A stretch of 64,000 bases of DNA from Alphaproteobacteria bacterium (GTDB lineage Bacteria > Pseudomonadota > Alphaproteobacteria > Bin95): positions 5,344,001 to 5,408,000 of the forward strand of contig CBDBGH010000003.1 in assembly GCA_965205265.1 (NCBI GenBank), given 5' to 3'. Within the stretch, counting starts at the first letter, position 1. Each line of letters opens with the position of its first letter. Below, in pieces: positions 54,693 to 64,000 of the stretch. Both the position numbers and the translations under genes were made by a program. A model generated the notes under the pieces. It searched no databases, was not told the origin of the DNA, and saw only the letters and a list, made by a program, of their open reading frames with translations.

Positions 54693-55661
54693 ATGCAGTC
54701 GATCAAAACGACCCTTCCTCTCTTCCTTGTCCTGTCCCTTGCCGCCTGCGGTGGTGGGGGAGGCGGTCCGAAGGCCGCCAATGATATGCCGGACATGCCC
54801 GGCGCGCAGCAGCCAGGCACTGACGTGACCGGCGGCTCCGGTGAGCAGCCCGCGACCGCTTCCGGTCCGCGCTACACCGTCACCGGTCGGGGAGCGAACG
54901 CCAGGGTCACCGGACTGGCTTACTCAACGACTGACGGTGTTATTGACCGCATGCATGTCGCGACCATTCCTGGGTTCGCCGCATATGGCGGATTCGTCTA
55001 TCACAGCTTGCAAAGTACTCCGCGCCCCGATAACCCGGAGTGGTTCGATATCGTCATGGAAACCACTTCCGTTTCCGACGGCACCCTCTCCTGGGGCATT
55101 TGGCTCGGCCCTTCGCTTGATGGTGACCCGCTGAACCCACAGGAGACCGCGTTTCATCACGGACCGTCGTACGACGCCTCGTCGCTTGCCGGATTGACCG
55201 GCAGGGCAACCTACCGGGGTATGGCGCGCGCGCATGCTCGGTATGGCGATATTGAAGACACCGGTCACCACGACGAGTACGCATTGCTGGGCGAGGCGAC
55301 GCTCACGGCGGACTTCACTGCGGAAACCCTGTCCGGCTTCATCACTGACCGTCGGGTCAACAACGTCCTTGATGATGAACGCGGCACGTGGAACATCCGG
55401 CTCGGTGCCGTTCCTCTCATCGCCGGCAGTGCCGACTTCTCCTCGGGCGCGGATGTCGTGACCGCCACGTTCGTACCCGGTGCTGATCCGCCGTACGGCT
55501 TTACCCCGAATCTCGTCACCACCGCCACCGGCTCCTGGCAGGGCTCGTTCCGGGGAACGGAAACTGACGGATCACCGTCCGGTGTCACCGGCACGTTCAG
55601 TGCGGACGCCGGATCAGCGGGTGTTGCCATTGCCGGCTCCTTCGGGGCGAGTAAGCGCTAA
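54693..55661 (+). CDS. Small TbpB-barrel lipoprotein
   Basis: LAA-C19 GGGGG; GRATYRGMA, ATLTADF, WQGSFRG, VTGTF, IAGSFGA. Confidence 0.78.
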   Translation: MQSIKTTLPLFLVLSLAACGGGGGGPKAANDMPDMPGAQQPGTDVTGGSGEQPATASGPRYTVTGRGANARVTGLAYSTTDGVIDRMHVATIPGFAAYGGFVYHSLQSTPRPDNPEWFDIVMETTSVSDGTLSWGIWLGPSLDGDPLNPQETAFHHGPSYDASSLAGLTGRATYRGMARAHARYGDIEDTGHHDEYALLGEATLTADFTAETLSGFITDRRVNNVLDDERGTWNIRLGAVPLIAGSADFSSGADVVTATFVPGADPPYGFTPNLVTTATGSWQGSFRGTETDGSPSGVTGTFSADAGSAGVAIAGSFGASKR

Positions 55662-55949
55662 TGGGTACCGAAGCGAGGAGAACTCTCACCATGACCCGGT
55701 ACCGTTTTGGTACTCTTGTCCTTCTTCCGCTGCTTCTTAGTGCTTGTCTGAGCACAACGGAGGTGGGTAGCGGCGGGTCGGTCGTGCAAGGCGCGGCGGG
55801 CACCACCGCCTCGCGTGCAACCCGCACTACGTCGCAGCCGACCGGCAGCACAAGCACAGGCGAGGCGAAGCAGTTAGAGAAGTGCTCCGCTCCTATTGCC
55901 ACGGTCGCTCTGGCGGAAGATGAGGGGAACAAGCAAGCATATGCGGTTG

Positions 55950-56287
55950 TGCTTTCGCAGTTGCAGTTGCCACAGTCTCCGCTTCCGTTGATCCGACTGA
56001 TGTTCCAGCAGAGCAACTGCTTCCAGATTGTTGATCGCGGCAGAGGGCTTCAGGCAATCAGCACCGAGCAGCAACTGGCCAAGCAGGGCATGCTTCAGGC
56101 AGGGAGCAATGTGCAGGGAGGCTCGCTGGTCGCGGCTGACTACACCATCACCCCAAATGTCGTCTTCTCGGACCAGAATGCGGGGGGTATGGGGATGGCG
56201 GCGGGAATGCTCGGCGCCATTATCCCCGGTGCCGGGCTCCTGGGCGGCATCAATGTCAAAAGCAAGGAAGCCCAGGTGGTGCTGTTT
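55950..56287 (+). repeat. 338-bp target duplication (partner 58204-58541)
   Basis: Same sequence at offset 2254 on both sides of the IS. Confidence 0.95.
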
Positions 56288-58203
56288 CCTGACTTCGACG
56301 GTTGATTCGCATAAGTAGTTGATATTGCCTGGTTCTCATTTCGGCTAGGCACTACATCCGGCATTTCTTCGAGCCGTGCTTCGTCGACGGTCAGGCGAGT
56401 TGATACGGGGTGATCGTCAGGGGCAGCCCCATGGTTGCGTAAATCTGCTCCGCCGCCGGTGTCGGCTTCGAGGGGATGACGTAGCGGTTGCCCGATTGCC
56501 GACAGCGCAGCAGGGAGCACTGGCGGTGGACGAGGGCGGAGCGGATGACCTCCGGGGACATCCGCCGCTTCTGGATGGCGACGCGGTACGCAAGGTGTCG
56601 AACGCAGGCGAAGGCCAGGAAGGCGATGGCGATGTGAGCGCGGATCCGGTCCGGGTTCCAGTGCCAGATGGGACGTATCTTCAGGTCGTGTTTGGTGATC
56701 CGGAAGCTCTCCTCGACCTGCCAGAGCCCCTGGTAGTGAGCCATCACTTCGGTGACGCGCGCGTCGCGCAGATTGGTGATGACGCCGGTGAGCCCGTCCC
56801 ATCGTGCGGCCTCGGCGATCTTCTCCGGGTTCACCGTGAGCCGTGCGTCGCCCTCGACGGCGATGAAGCGCTTCGCCCCGTGATTGGAGAGCAGTTCCCT
56901 GGGATTGTCGCTGCGGGCCAGCCTGTCGAGCAGGCGTTCCACCTGATGGCGGCGCTCGTGCGCGTCCTTGCGTGCGCGCTGGGGGCAGAAGACGACGATC
57001 AGGCGACGGCCCTTGTACTCCCACTCGCCGACCCGGCGGTCCTGTGAGCCCTCCAGCGGGGCATAGGTCCCGGGGTCGAGAACCTGCCCCAGCAGCGCGA
57101 GCGGCAGCTTGCGCAGCCGCGCGCCGACGACATACTCGCCGCCGATGGCGTCCATGGCGTCGAGGTTGTCGGCGCTCAGCATGCCCCGGTCGGCCACGCA
57201 TACCGTGCGCTCCACCTGGTGGCGGCGCTGCATGTCCTGCAGGACCGGGACCATGCTGTGTCCCTCGTAGGTGGCGCCGGGGAAGACCTCGTAGCTGATC
57301 GGCAGCCCTTCGCGCGTCACCATCAGCGCCAGCAGAACCTGCGAGTCCTTGTGTTTGCCGTCCTTGCTGAAGCCGTGCTGGCGAAGCTCGTCCTCGGCGG
57401 CCGTCTCGAAGTAGAGCGTGGTGCAATCGAAGAAGAGGATCGCGACCGGCTCCGGCAGCAGCGACCGGCTCGCCTCGCCGACGCGCGTGCGCAGTCGCTC
57501 GATCACCGTCGCGTCGAGCTGATCCATCATCCGGTAGACCTTCTCGAGCGGAAGACTCACGCCGAAGTCCTCCTCGAGCCGGCGCACGCTGCCCCGCTTG
57601 CTGTCGGGGTTGGCTACCCGCGCCATCACCACATGGAACAGCGCGTCATGGGAGGCCCGGTAGCGCGAGCGCGGCAGCAGCGCGTCGAGGCCCAGCAGCC
57701 GGTAGATCTCGCCATAGACCTCGTGGATGCCTGTGATCAGGCGCTGCTCCTCTTCAAGCTGCTTGAGGTCGACCGGGAGTTCCTCCTTGCCGTCCCCCCG
57801 GCGGCCGACACGGATCGCCTGCTCAGCGATCTTCTCGGGCGCAAACAATGCCGGCTGACGCTCGTCCTCCAGCTTCGCCTTGACGTACTCGCCGAGCTGC
57901 CTCAGGCGCTCGAGCTCGTCCTCGTCCATGGCCACGCCGACATGGCGGACGATGCGCTGTCGGACCTTGCCGCCGTCGCGCACGGCCTCGACGATCTGGA
58001 CCGAGCGTCGCGGGCTGTTGGGGGAGGTCTTGATGCGCACGAACATGGGGGGAGTGTAGCGCGTGGCGGAGGCATTGACAGTCTCAAAGATTTACTAGGC
58101 ACTACAACGCAGCTTGACCGCACCGCAACTGCCAACTCATTGGCTTTACTGAAAACTCCAGACGCGAGATCGGTCAGAAGTCAGCCCAACCGTCGAAGTC
58201 AGG
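56288..58203 (-). mobile_element. IS1634-family element, ~1,916 bp
   Basis: 17-bp perfect TIR CCTGACTTCGACGGTTG / CAACCGTCGAAGTCAGG (ends ambiguous by 1 bp). Confidence 0.92.
56391..58046 (-). CDS. IS1634-family DDE transposase
   Basis: FFDCTTLYFE, GFSKDGK, VADRGM, LWQVEESFRITK, RPIWH, IRAHIAIAFLA. Confidence 0.93.
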   Translation of the reverse strand: MFVRIKTSPNSPRRSVQIVEAVRDGGKVRQRIVRHVGVAMDEDELERLRQLGEYVKAKLEDERQPALFAPEKIAEQAIRVGRRGDGKEELPVDLKQLEEEQRLITGIHEVYGEIYRLLGLDALLPRSRYRASHDALFHVVMARVANPDSKRGSVRRLEEDFGVSLPLEKVYRMMDQLDATVIERLRTRVGEASRSLLPEPVAILFFDCTTLYFETAAEDELRQHGFSKDGKHKDSQVLLALMVTREGLPISYEVFPGATYEGHSMVPVLQDMQRRHQVERTVCVADRGMLSADNLDAMDAIGGEYVVGARLRKLPLALLGQVLDPGTYAPLEGSQDRRVGEWEYKGRRLIVVFCPQRARKDAHERRHQVERLLDRLARSDNPRELLSNHGAKRFIAVEGDARLTVNPEKIAEAARWDGLTGVITNLRDARVTEVMAHYQGLWQVEESFRITKHDLKIRPIWHWNPDRIRAHIAIAFLAFACVRHLAYRVAIQKRRMSPEVIRSALVHRQCSLLRCRQSGNRYVIPSKPTPAAEQIYATMGLPLTITPYQLA

Positions 58204-58968
58204 TGCTTTCGCAGTTGCAGTTGCCACAGTCTCCGCTTCCGTTGATCCGACTGATGTTCCAGCAGAGCAACTGCTTCCAGATTGTTGATCGCGGCAGAGG
58301 GCTTCAGGCAATCAGCACCGAGCAGCAACTGGCCAAGCAGGGCATGCTTCAGGCAGGGAGCAATGTGCAGGGAGGCTCGCTGGTCGCGGCTGACTACACC
58401 ATCACCCCAAATGTCGTCTTCTCGGACCAGAATGCGGGGGGTATGGGGATGGCGGCGGGAATGCTCGGCGCCATTATCCCCGGTGCCGGGCTCCTGGGCG
58501 GCATCAATGTCAAAAGCAAGGAAGCCCAGGTGGTGCTGTTTCTGACGGACAACCGATCCGGCGTGCAGGTTGCCGCAGCGGAAGGTTCGGCGAAGGTCTC
58601 CGACATTGGGTTCGGCGCGTTGGGATTTGGCGGCGGTTTGGGCGCGCTCGGCGGTGCTTACGGAAGCTCCGACCAGGGCAAGGTTGTTGCCGCCGCGCTG
58701 CTGGACGCCACCAACAAGGTGATTGCCGTCGTCCGGTCGCGCAGGCAGTAGCCTCTGCTTGGCGGCGTGTCTTTACGAACCTCGCGGTCGGGGACGCTCC
58801 GCTGCGCCACCCGGTTCCCCGGAGGATGTACGCGCCTCCGGGGAACCGTCTCACCCGATGACATACGCTCTTACCGAATCACGTTCAGGAAGGGTGACTG
58901 AAAGGTGGATGACTGCTCCGGCATCTTGATTTTTTCTTTGCAGATAACAGGTTGTGGGATGCGGCGGT

Positions 58969-58985
58969 TCCTCTCCTGGGCACCA
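58969..58985 (+). other. tRNA-Leu-like 3' fragment, candidate island attR
   Basis: TCCTCTCCTGGGCACCA = T-stem 3' strand + acceptor strand + CCA with no tRNA body upstream; at the accessory/core boundary. Confidence 0.65.
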
Positions 58986-59047
58986 TCTTTCGTTCCGGCA
59001 TGTCCCGCCCGAACGTGTCGCCGGCGTCCCCGTATGCAAATGCCGGG

Positions 59048-59443
59048 CTAGAGGCAGCCCGCGCCGGCGCGGGCGCAGTCTTCGTCTTCCTGCCCGGTGC
59101 CGCCGCCGACGCCGCAGGCGCCGATGACCCGTCCATCGCGGAGGATCGGCACAGCGCCCTGGCCGTAGATGAGGCGCCCGCCGTCGGCCGCCGCGATGCC
59201 GCGGAAAGTCGGGTGGTCGGCGCGCTCCGTCAGGTCGCCGCTCGGCCGGCCGAAAGCGGCGGATGCGGCGGCCTTGCCCTGGGAGCCGTAAACGGCGGCC
59301 CAGATCGCCCCGTCCATGCGCTGGAAGGCGATGAGGCGCCCGCCGGCATCCGACACCGAAACGCAAACGAGAATGCCCAGGCTCTCCGCATGCGCGATGG
59401 CGGCCGCGGCGACACGGTTGGCTTCCTGGAGGGTGAGCGGCAT
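59048..59443 (-). CDS. GlcG/HbpS heme-binding family protein
   Basis: VSVSDAGG, QRMDGA, GKA, GAVPI, GACGVGGG, EDEDCA. Confidence 0.9.
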   Translation of the reverse strand: MPLTLQEANRVAAAAIAHAESLGILVCVSVSDAGGRLIAFQRMDGAIWAAVYGSQGKAAASAAFGRPSGDLTERADHPTFRGIAAADGGRLIYGQGAVPILRDGRVIGACGVGGGTGQEDEDCARAGAGCL

Positions 59444-59554
59444 GAGAGGTCTCCGGATCGCTAAGGTTCAACGCCCCTGCCGGGCGCGCATAGTGTATAG
59501 CAACCGCCTTCGCCGTCGGAAGGACGGACGGGAAGCCGGCAGGGGAGGCAGCCC

Positions 59555-60937
59555 ATGCGACCGAACGAAAGAACCCTCGACCTCAGATCCTTTCTTGAAG
59601 ACCTGGAAGCGGCGGACCCCGCAAGCATCCTGCGCATTCCGGAACCGGTCGCCCTCGACTTCGACGCGACGGCGGTGGCGATGGAACTGGAGAGGCAGGG
59701 CCGCGCGCCGGTGGTCCGCTTCGACAAGATCGGGGACTCGCCCTTTCCCGTCGTCGCCAACCTGTTCGGCAACCGCCGGCGCTATGCTCAGGCGCTGGGC
59801 GTTTCCGAAGCGGAGCTGATCGAGACCTGGAGCGGGCTCGGCGACGGGACCATCGAGCCGGTGATCCTGAAAACGGGCCCTGTTCTGGACAGGGTGGTGA
59901 CCGGCGGCGATGTCGATCTCGGCGCGCTGCCGATCATGAACCATTTCGCCGAGGACGGCGGGCGCTATGTCACCAACGGCATCGTCGTCGCGCGGGACCC
60001 GGACAGCGGGGTGCGCAATGCCAGCTACCACCGGCTGCAGGTCATGGGCCGGACCCGTTTCGGCACCAGCCTGCACAGCCGCCGGCATCTCTGGAACTAT
60101 GCAGAGCGCGCCGCCGAAAAAGGCGAGGCGATCCCGGTATCCATCGTCATCGGGCACCATCCGCTGTTCGCCTTCGGCAGCGGCCTCTGGAAGGGACCCA
60201 TGGACGCCGACGAATACGCCGTCGCCGGCGGCTTCATGGGGCGGCCTCTCGAGCTGGTCCGGGGCGTGACGGTGCCGGTCGAGGCACCGGCCTTCGCCGA
60301 GTTCGTCATTGAGGGCCATATCCTTCCCGGCGAAAAGGCTGACGAGGGGCCGTTCGCGGAATTCACCGGCTATGCCTCGGCCCGTTCTACGCAGCATGTC
60401 ATCGAGGTGTCGGCGATCCTGCACCGCGAGGACGCGATCTACCAGGACATCGTGCCGGGCATTTCCGACGAGCATACCGGCCTCCTTGCGGTGCCGATGG
60501 AAGCGCGGCTGCTCAAGGTGCTGCGCCAGAACTATCCCAATGTCACCGGAGTCGCGATGCCGAAATCCGGCACCTGCCGCATGCATGTCTATATCGCCAT
60601 GAGGAATCCCGCCCCCGGCCAGGCGAAGAACGCGGCCGCCACGGCGCTCGGCGAAGACCTCAGCCTGAAGCTCGCCATCGTGGTGGACGACGACGTGGAT
60701 ATCGCCAGCGACCGGGATGTCATGTGGGCCGTCTGCACCCGCATGCAGGCGGACGCGGACGTGGATATCCTGAAGAACTGCATGGGCGCGATCCTCGACC
60801 CGTCCAACCATGACGGGCTGACCGCCAAGATGATGATCGACGCGACCAGACCCGCCGGCGACTTCCCGCCCCGCCATACGATTCCGGAAGACGCGGCGGT
60901 GCGCGCGCGGGAGCTGGTCCGGAAATACACCGCCTGA
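59555..60937 (+). CDS. UbiD-family (prFMN-dependent) decarboxylase
   Basis: DGGRYV, NASYHR, EFVIEG, EGPFAEFTGY, IVVDDDVD, LDPS, KMMIDAT. Confidence 0.92.
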   Translation: MRPNERTLDLRSFLEDLEAADPASILRIPEPVALDFDATAVAMELERQGRAPVVRFDKIGDSPFPVVANLFGNRRRYAQALGVSEAELIETWSGLGDGTIEPVILKTGPVLDRVVTGGDVDLGALPIMNHFAEDGGRYVTNGIVVARDPDSGVRNASYHRLQVMGRTRFGTSLHSRRHLWNYAERAAEKGEAIPVSIVIGHHPLFAFGSGLWKGPMDADEYAVAGGFMGRPLELVRGVTVPVEAPAFAEFVIEGHILPGEKADEGPFAEFTGYASARSTQHVIEVSAILHREDAIYQDIVPGISDEHTGLLAVPMEARLLKVLRQNYPNVTGVAMPKSGTCRMHVYIAMRNPAPGQAKNAAATALGEDLSLKLAIVVDDDVDIASDRDVMWAVCTRMQADADVDILKNCMGAILDPSNHDGLTAKMMIDATRPAGDFPPRHTIPEDAAVRARELVRKYTA

Positions 60938-61221
60938 GCGCCGTCCCCGGAATCCTGCGACAGCGAGTCTTTGACTCGCAGGGCGCATGGCATAAGCTGG
61001 GCGGGCACCCCGGCCGCGATGCATCCGTTTCCGGATGCACGCCTCTCATTCGGAGGCGCCGGCCTGCGGAGCGGCGTAATCGATACCCGGTTCGGCTGCG
61101 CTGCGCCTTCGCGATGCGGGTGTCTTGCACGCAGCCTGCGGGCCGCATGCAGGCGGGTTGCCGGCGCGCGCGGAGGGCGCCGCCAGCCGAGCCACGAACA
61201 CCGGGCAAAAGGGAGACCGCC

Positions 61222-62361
61222 ATGCTTCGCTCATATCTTCCACGCATTGCCACATTTGCAGGGGCCGCCGCCTTTGCCGCCGCGACGGTGATGCTTGCCG
61301 CGGCGCCGACGCCGGCCAAAGCCGAACTGGAGAAGGTCATCATCCGGGTCTCGGTGGACCTGCCGCCGCCGCCGCATCCCACGGCCATCGCCATGGAGTG
61401 GTTCAAGGAACAGGTGGAATCGCAATTCCCCGAGGGCAGCGAGGTGCGGAACTTCTATGCCGGCGCCCTCTACAAGGACCCCGACGCCATGACCGCCATG
61501 ACCCAGGGCAATCTGGAGATGGGCTGGCTGGTCTCCGGCAAGACGGCCGCAACGGACATCTGGATGAGCATTATCGGCCAGCCCGGCGTGCTTACCACGG
61601 TCGCGGCCATCCACGACCTGGAGAACCAGGCCACGGGCAAGATGCTGCTGAACCGCCTGCGTGAGAAGCACTTCATCGAGCCGTTCGGCTTCGTCGATCT
61701 CAGCTTCGCGCTCGCCATTGCGGGCAAGGAGCGGCTGCTTGCGATGGACTCCTTCCAGGGCAAGAAGATCCGGACATTCGCCGCCGCGGTGAACCCGGTA
61801 GTGGCCTCCTGGGGCGCCTCCCCGGTGGTCATGTCCTTCGGCGACGTGCCGAGCGCGCTCGAATCCGGCGTGCTCGACGGCGTCATCACCTCCATCGGTG
61901 GATGGCGCTCGATCACCGAGCAGACGCCCTATTACACCATCGCGGGCATCTCCACGGTGACCTTCGACAACTACTGGGTCGGCGCCAGCCAGGCGTGGTT
62001 CAACAAGCTGAACGACGAGACCCAGGCGAAAATCCGCGAGCTGGTCGAGCAGGCCGTGAAGTACCAGAACGAGCTCAACTGGTGCAACGACCAGTTCGCC
62101 ATCCGCCAGTACAAGGCCGAGAACCCTTCGGATGTCGGCATCTACTCCGCGACTCCCGAAGAGGCGAAGCCCCTGCAGGAAGCCATCGGCAACAATGTCG
62201 CCGACTACCTCAAGGAGCGGCTGCCGGAAGAGGCGCATGAATGGGTGGACAGGTTCCTCAAGGAGGGGCGCGAAGCCTCGGCGCGCCTCGGGCCGGGCAC
62301 CGATCCGGTGGAGAGCGTCGATTGCGCCAAGCATGAGCCGGTGCTCAAGAAGAAGGGGTAA
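61222..62361 (+). CDS. dctP: TRAP transporter substrate-binding protein
   Basis: Signal peptide, FQGKKIRT, WGASPVVMSFGDVPSALESGVLDG. Confidence 0.88.
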   Translation: MLRSYLPRIATFAGAAAFAAATVMLAAAPTPAKAELEKVIIRVSVDLPPPPHPTAIAMEWFKEQVESQFPEGSEVRNFYAGALYKDPDAMTAMTQGNLEMGWLVSGKTAATDIWMSIIGQPGVLTTVAAIHDLENQATGKMLLNRLREKHFIEPFGFVDLSFALAIAGKERLLAMDSFQGKKIRTFAAAVNPVVASWGASPVVMSFGDVPSALESGVLDGVITSIGGWRSITEQTPYYTIAGISTVTFDNYWVGASQAWFNKLNDETQAKIRELVEQAVKYQNELNWCNDQFAIRQYKAENPSDVGIYSATPEEAKPLQEAIGNNVADYLKERLPEEAHEWVDRFLKEGREASARLGPGTDPVESVDCAKHEPVLKKKG

Positions 62362-62421
62362 TCCGGGCATGACCGCCCGGGAGGACGGGGAGGCCCGCCG
62401 GGCCTCCCCGGCCCCGCCCGC

Positions 62422-62985
62422 ATGAACCGCCTCTATTACATCTGGCGCACCTTCCAGGAACGGTTCGTCCAGTATGTCGCGGCGTCGCTGCTGCTGGCGC
62501 TGACCCTGCTGGCAGGGCTGGAGGTCATTCGCCGCTATATCTTCGGCGTGTCCTTCGAGTGGCAGCAGGACGCGGTCACCTTCGGCATTCTTGCCGGCGT
62601 GTACCTGTTTTTCGCGATCACGCAGAGCCGCGGGGCCCATCTGCGGGTGACGATCATGCTGATATTGCTGCGCGAGAAGGCCGGGCGGTGGGGCCGCGTC
62701 CTCGCTGGCCTGTTCGAGATCTTCGGCGCAATCGTCGGGCTCGCGTTCTGCGCATGGCTGGTTTGGCGGGGCCTCGAAGTGGCGGACCTGATGATCCTGC
62801 AGGAACGCAAGACCGAGAGCCTGGCGTTCCTGCTGTGGCACTTCTTCGTCGTCTTCCTCCTCGGCATGGCGTTTCTCGCGGTGAGCTATGCTTTCCAGCT
62901 CTACCACCACATTTGCACGATGCTGGGCGGAGCAGGACTGGTGGAGCGCTACGAGTCCCACACCGATGAAGGCTCGCTGCTCTAG
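62422..62985 (+). CDS. dctQ: TRAP small permease
   Basis: Four TM segments, VIRRY, GAHLRV. Confidence 0.88.
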   Translation: MNRLYYIWRTFQERFVQYVAASLLLALTLLAGLEVIRRYIFGVSFEWQQDAVTFGILAGVYLFFAITQSRGAHLRVTIMLILLREKAGRWGRVLAGLFEIFGAIVGLAFCAWLVWRGLEVADLMILQERKTESLAFLLWHFFVVFLLGMAFLAVSYAFQLYHHICTMLGGAGLVERYESHTDEGSLL

Positions 62986-63040
62986 ATGATCCGCATACAC
63001 GAGCCGCCAGGCGCCGGAGGCCCCGAAGGAGCCTTGCAGG

Positions 63041-64000
63041 ATGGGTAGTCTGCTCGCCGGCATCCTGGCCTTTCTCGGCTCGGGAGTCACCATCGGCATC
63101 GCGCTCGGCGCCGCCAGCGCGATCTACATCCTTTTCGATCCGCTGCTGGATGCGCGGGCGCTGTCCTCGGCTTTCTTCTCGTTCCTCGGCCACTACAGCC
63201 TGATGGCGGTGCCGCTGTTCATCTTCGCCGGTTTCCTCATGGAGCGCACCGGCATGGTGCGCCAGCTGTTCCAGTTCGCGGAAGCCCTGGTGAGCTGGGT
63301 CATTGGCGGGTTCGGGCTGGCGACGGTCACGACCTGCGTGCTGTTCAGCGCCATCTCCGGCTCGAGCGTCGCCGTCGCCTCGGCGATGAGCCTCATCACG
63401 ATTCCGGAGATGCGCAAGCGCAACTATCCGGACTGGCTGTCGGCCGGCATCGTGGCCTCGGGCGGCGGCATCGGCCTGCTCATCCCACCGAGCCTCTCGC
63501 TCATCATCTACGGCATCGCGACGGAAACCTCGATCGTGCGCCTGTTCATGGCCGGCATAATTCCCGGCCTGATGCTGGCGGGTGGCATGTTCATACTCAT
63601 CATACTCGCCGCCTGGCGCACCGGGAGCCTGAGCCGAGGCCACTTCGCTTGGGGCCCGTTGGGGCGGGCGACCGTAGGGGCGCTGCCCGGCCTCGCCATG
63701 CCGGTGCTGGTGCTGGGCGGCCTCTATGGCGGGCTGTTCACGCCGACCGAAGCGGCCGCGGCCGCTTGCGGCTACGCCCTGCTCTACGGCCTTGTCACGG
63801 GCCGCGGCGAGTTCCTGCGGAACCTGCTGCCGACGGCGGCGCGGGCCATGAACCTGAGCGCCGTGGTGTTCTTCCTGGTCGGGAGCGTCGGCATCTTCCA
63901 GTTCGTCGCCGCCAACCAGGCATGGCCGCAGCAGCTCGCGCAATTGGTCATCGAGATGCAGCTGGAGCCGCTCCCGTTCCTGTTCGGCTACATGGCGCTG
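63041..64000 (+). CDS. dctM: TRAP large permease (partial)
   Basis: Own translation: AVPLFIFAGFLM, FSAISGSSVA, LIPPS, LFMAGIIPG, FTPTEAAA. Confidence 0.92.
   Translation, partial: MGSLLAGILAFLGSGVTIGIALGAASAIYILFDPLLDARALSSAFFSFLGHYSLMAVPLFIFAGFLMERTGMVRQLFQFAEALVSWVIGGFGLATVTTCVLFSAISGSSVAVASAMSLITIPEMRKRNYPDWLSAGIVASGGGIGLLIPPSLSLIIYGIATETSIVRLFMAGIIPGLMLAGGMFILIILAAWRTGSLSRGHFAWGPLGRATVGALPGLAMPVLVLGGLYGGLFTPTEAAAAACGYALLYGLVTGRGEFLRNLLPTAARAMNLSAVVFFLVGSVGIFQFVAANQAWPQQLAQLVIEMQLEPLPFLFGYMAL

Larger units (their letters stand above)
55691..58751 (+). pseudogene. CsgG/HfaB-family lipoprotein interrupted by IS1634
   Basis: LSA-C lipobox, QQSNCFQIVDRG, LTDNRSGVQVAAAEGS; reconstructs as 55691-56287 + 58542-58751. 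Confidence 0.85.

Noticed and set aside
58940-58985. Intact tRNA gene
   Set aside because: Only the last ~17 nt fit; no T-loop, anticodon arm or D arm upstream

Overview
GC-rich bacterial sequence, probably alphaproteobacterial (inferred from gene content). Bases 1-~58985 look like one composite genomic island whose right edge is a duplicated tRNA-Leu-like 3' end (58969-58985); ordinary metabolic genes follow (GlcG/HbpS, UbiD, TRAP dctPQM). The main feature is a repeated module: two translationally coupled tyrosine recombinases -> sigma70 promoter -> large TbpB-barrel surface lipoprotein -> terminator -> Slam (type XI secretion) translocon -> att-like end. Two modules sit head-to-head (four recombinases, 4898-9932). 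They share an apparently perfect 3,286-bp inverted repeat (1998-5283 / 9547-12832) that begins inside a recombinase gene, and a 29-bp att-like site lies at 7415-7443 and inverted at 14356-14384. A third, degraded module (38624-48687) has a diverged cargo head, two independent IS21 insertions, and ends by crossing over into an NHLP-type ABC transporter gene. Between them is a ~23-kb ICE/plasmid leading-region backbone (DUF2493, Toprim, SSB, strawberry-notch, HEPN-like, RadC, GHKL, ParB, VWA/AAA). Further right are a coupling-protein/replication-relaxation module, Uma2, a small TbpB-like lipoprotein and a CsgG-like gene split by IS1634 with a 338-bp duplication. All calls come from reading the sequence and motifs by eye; no database searches were run.
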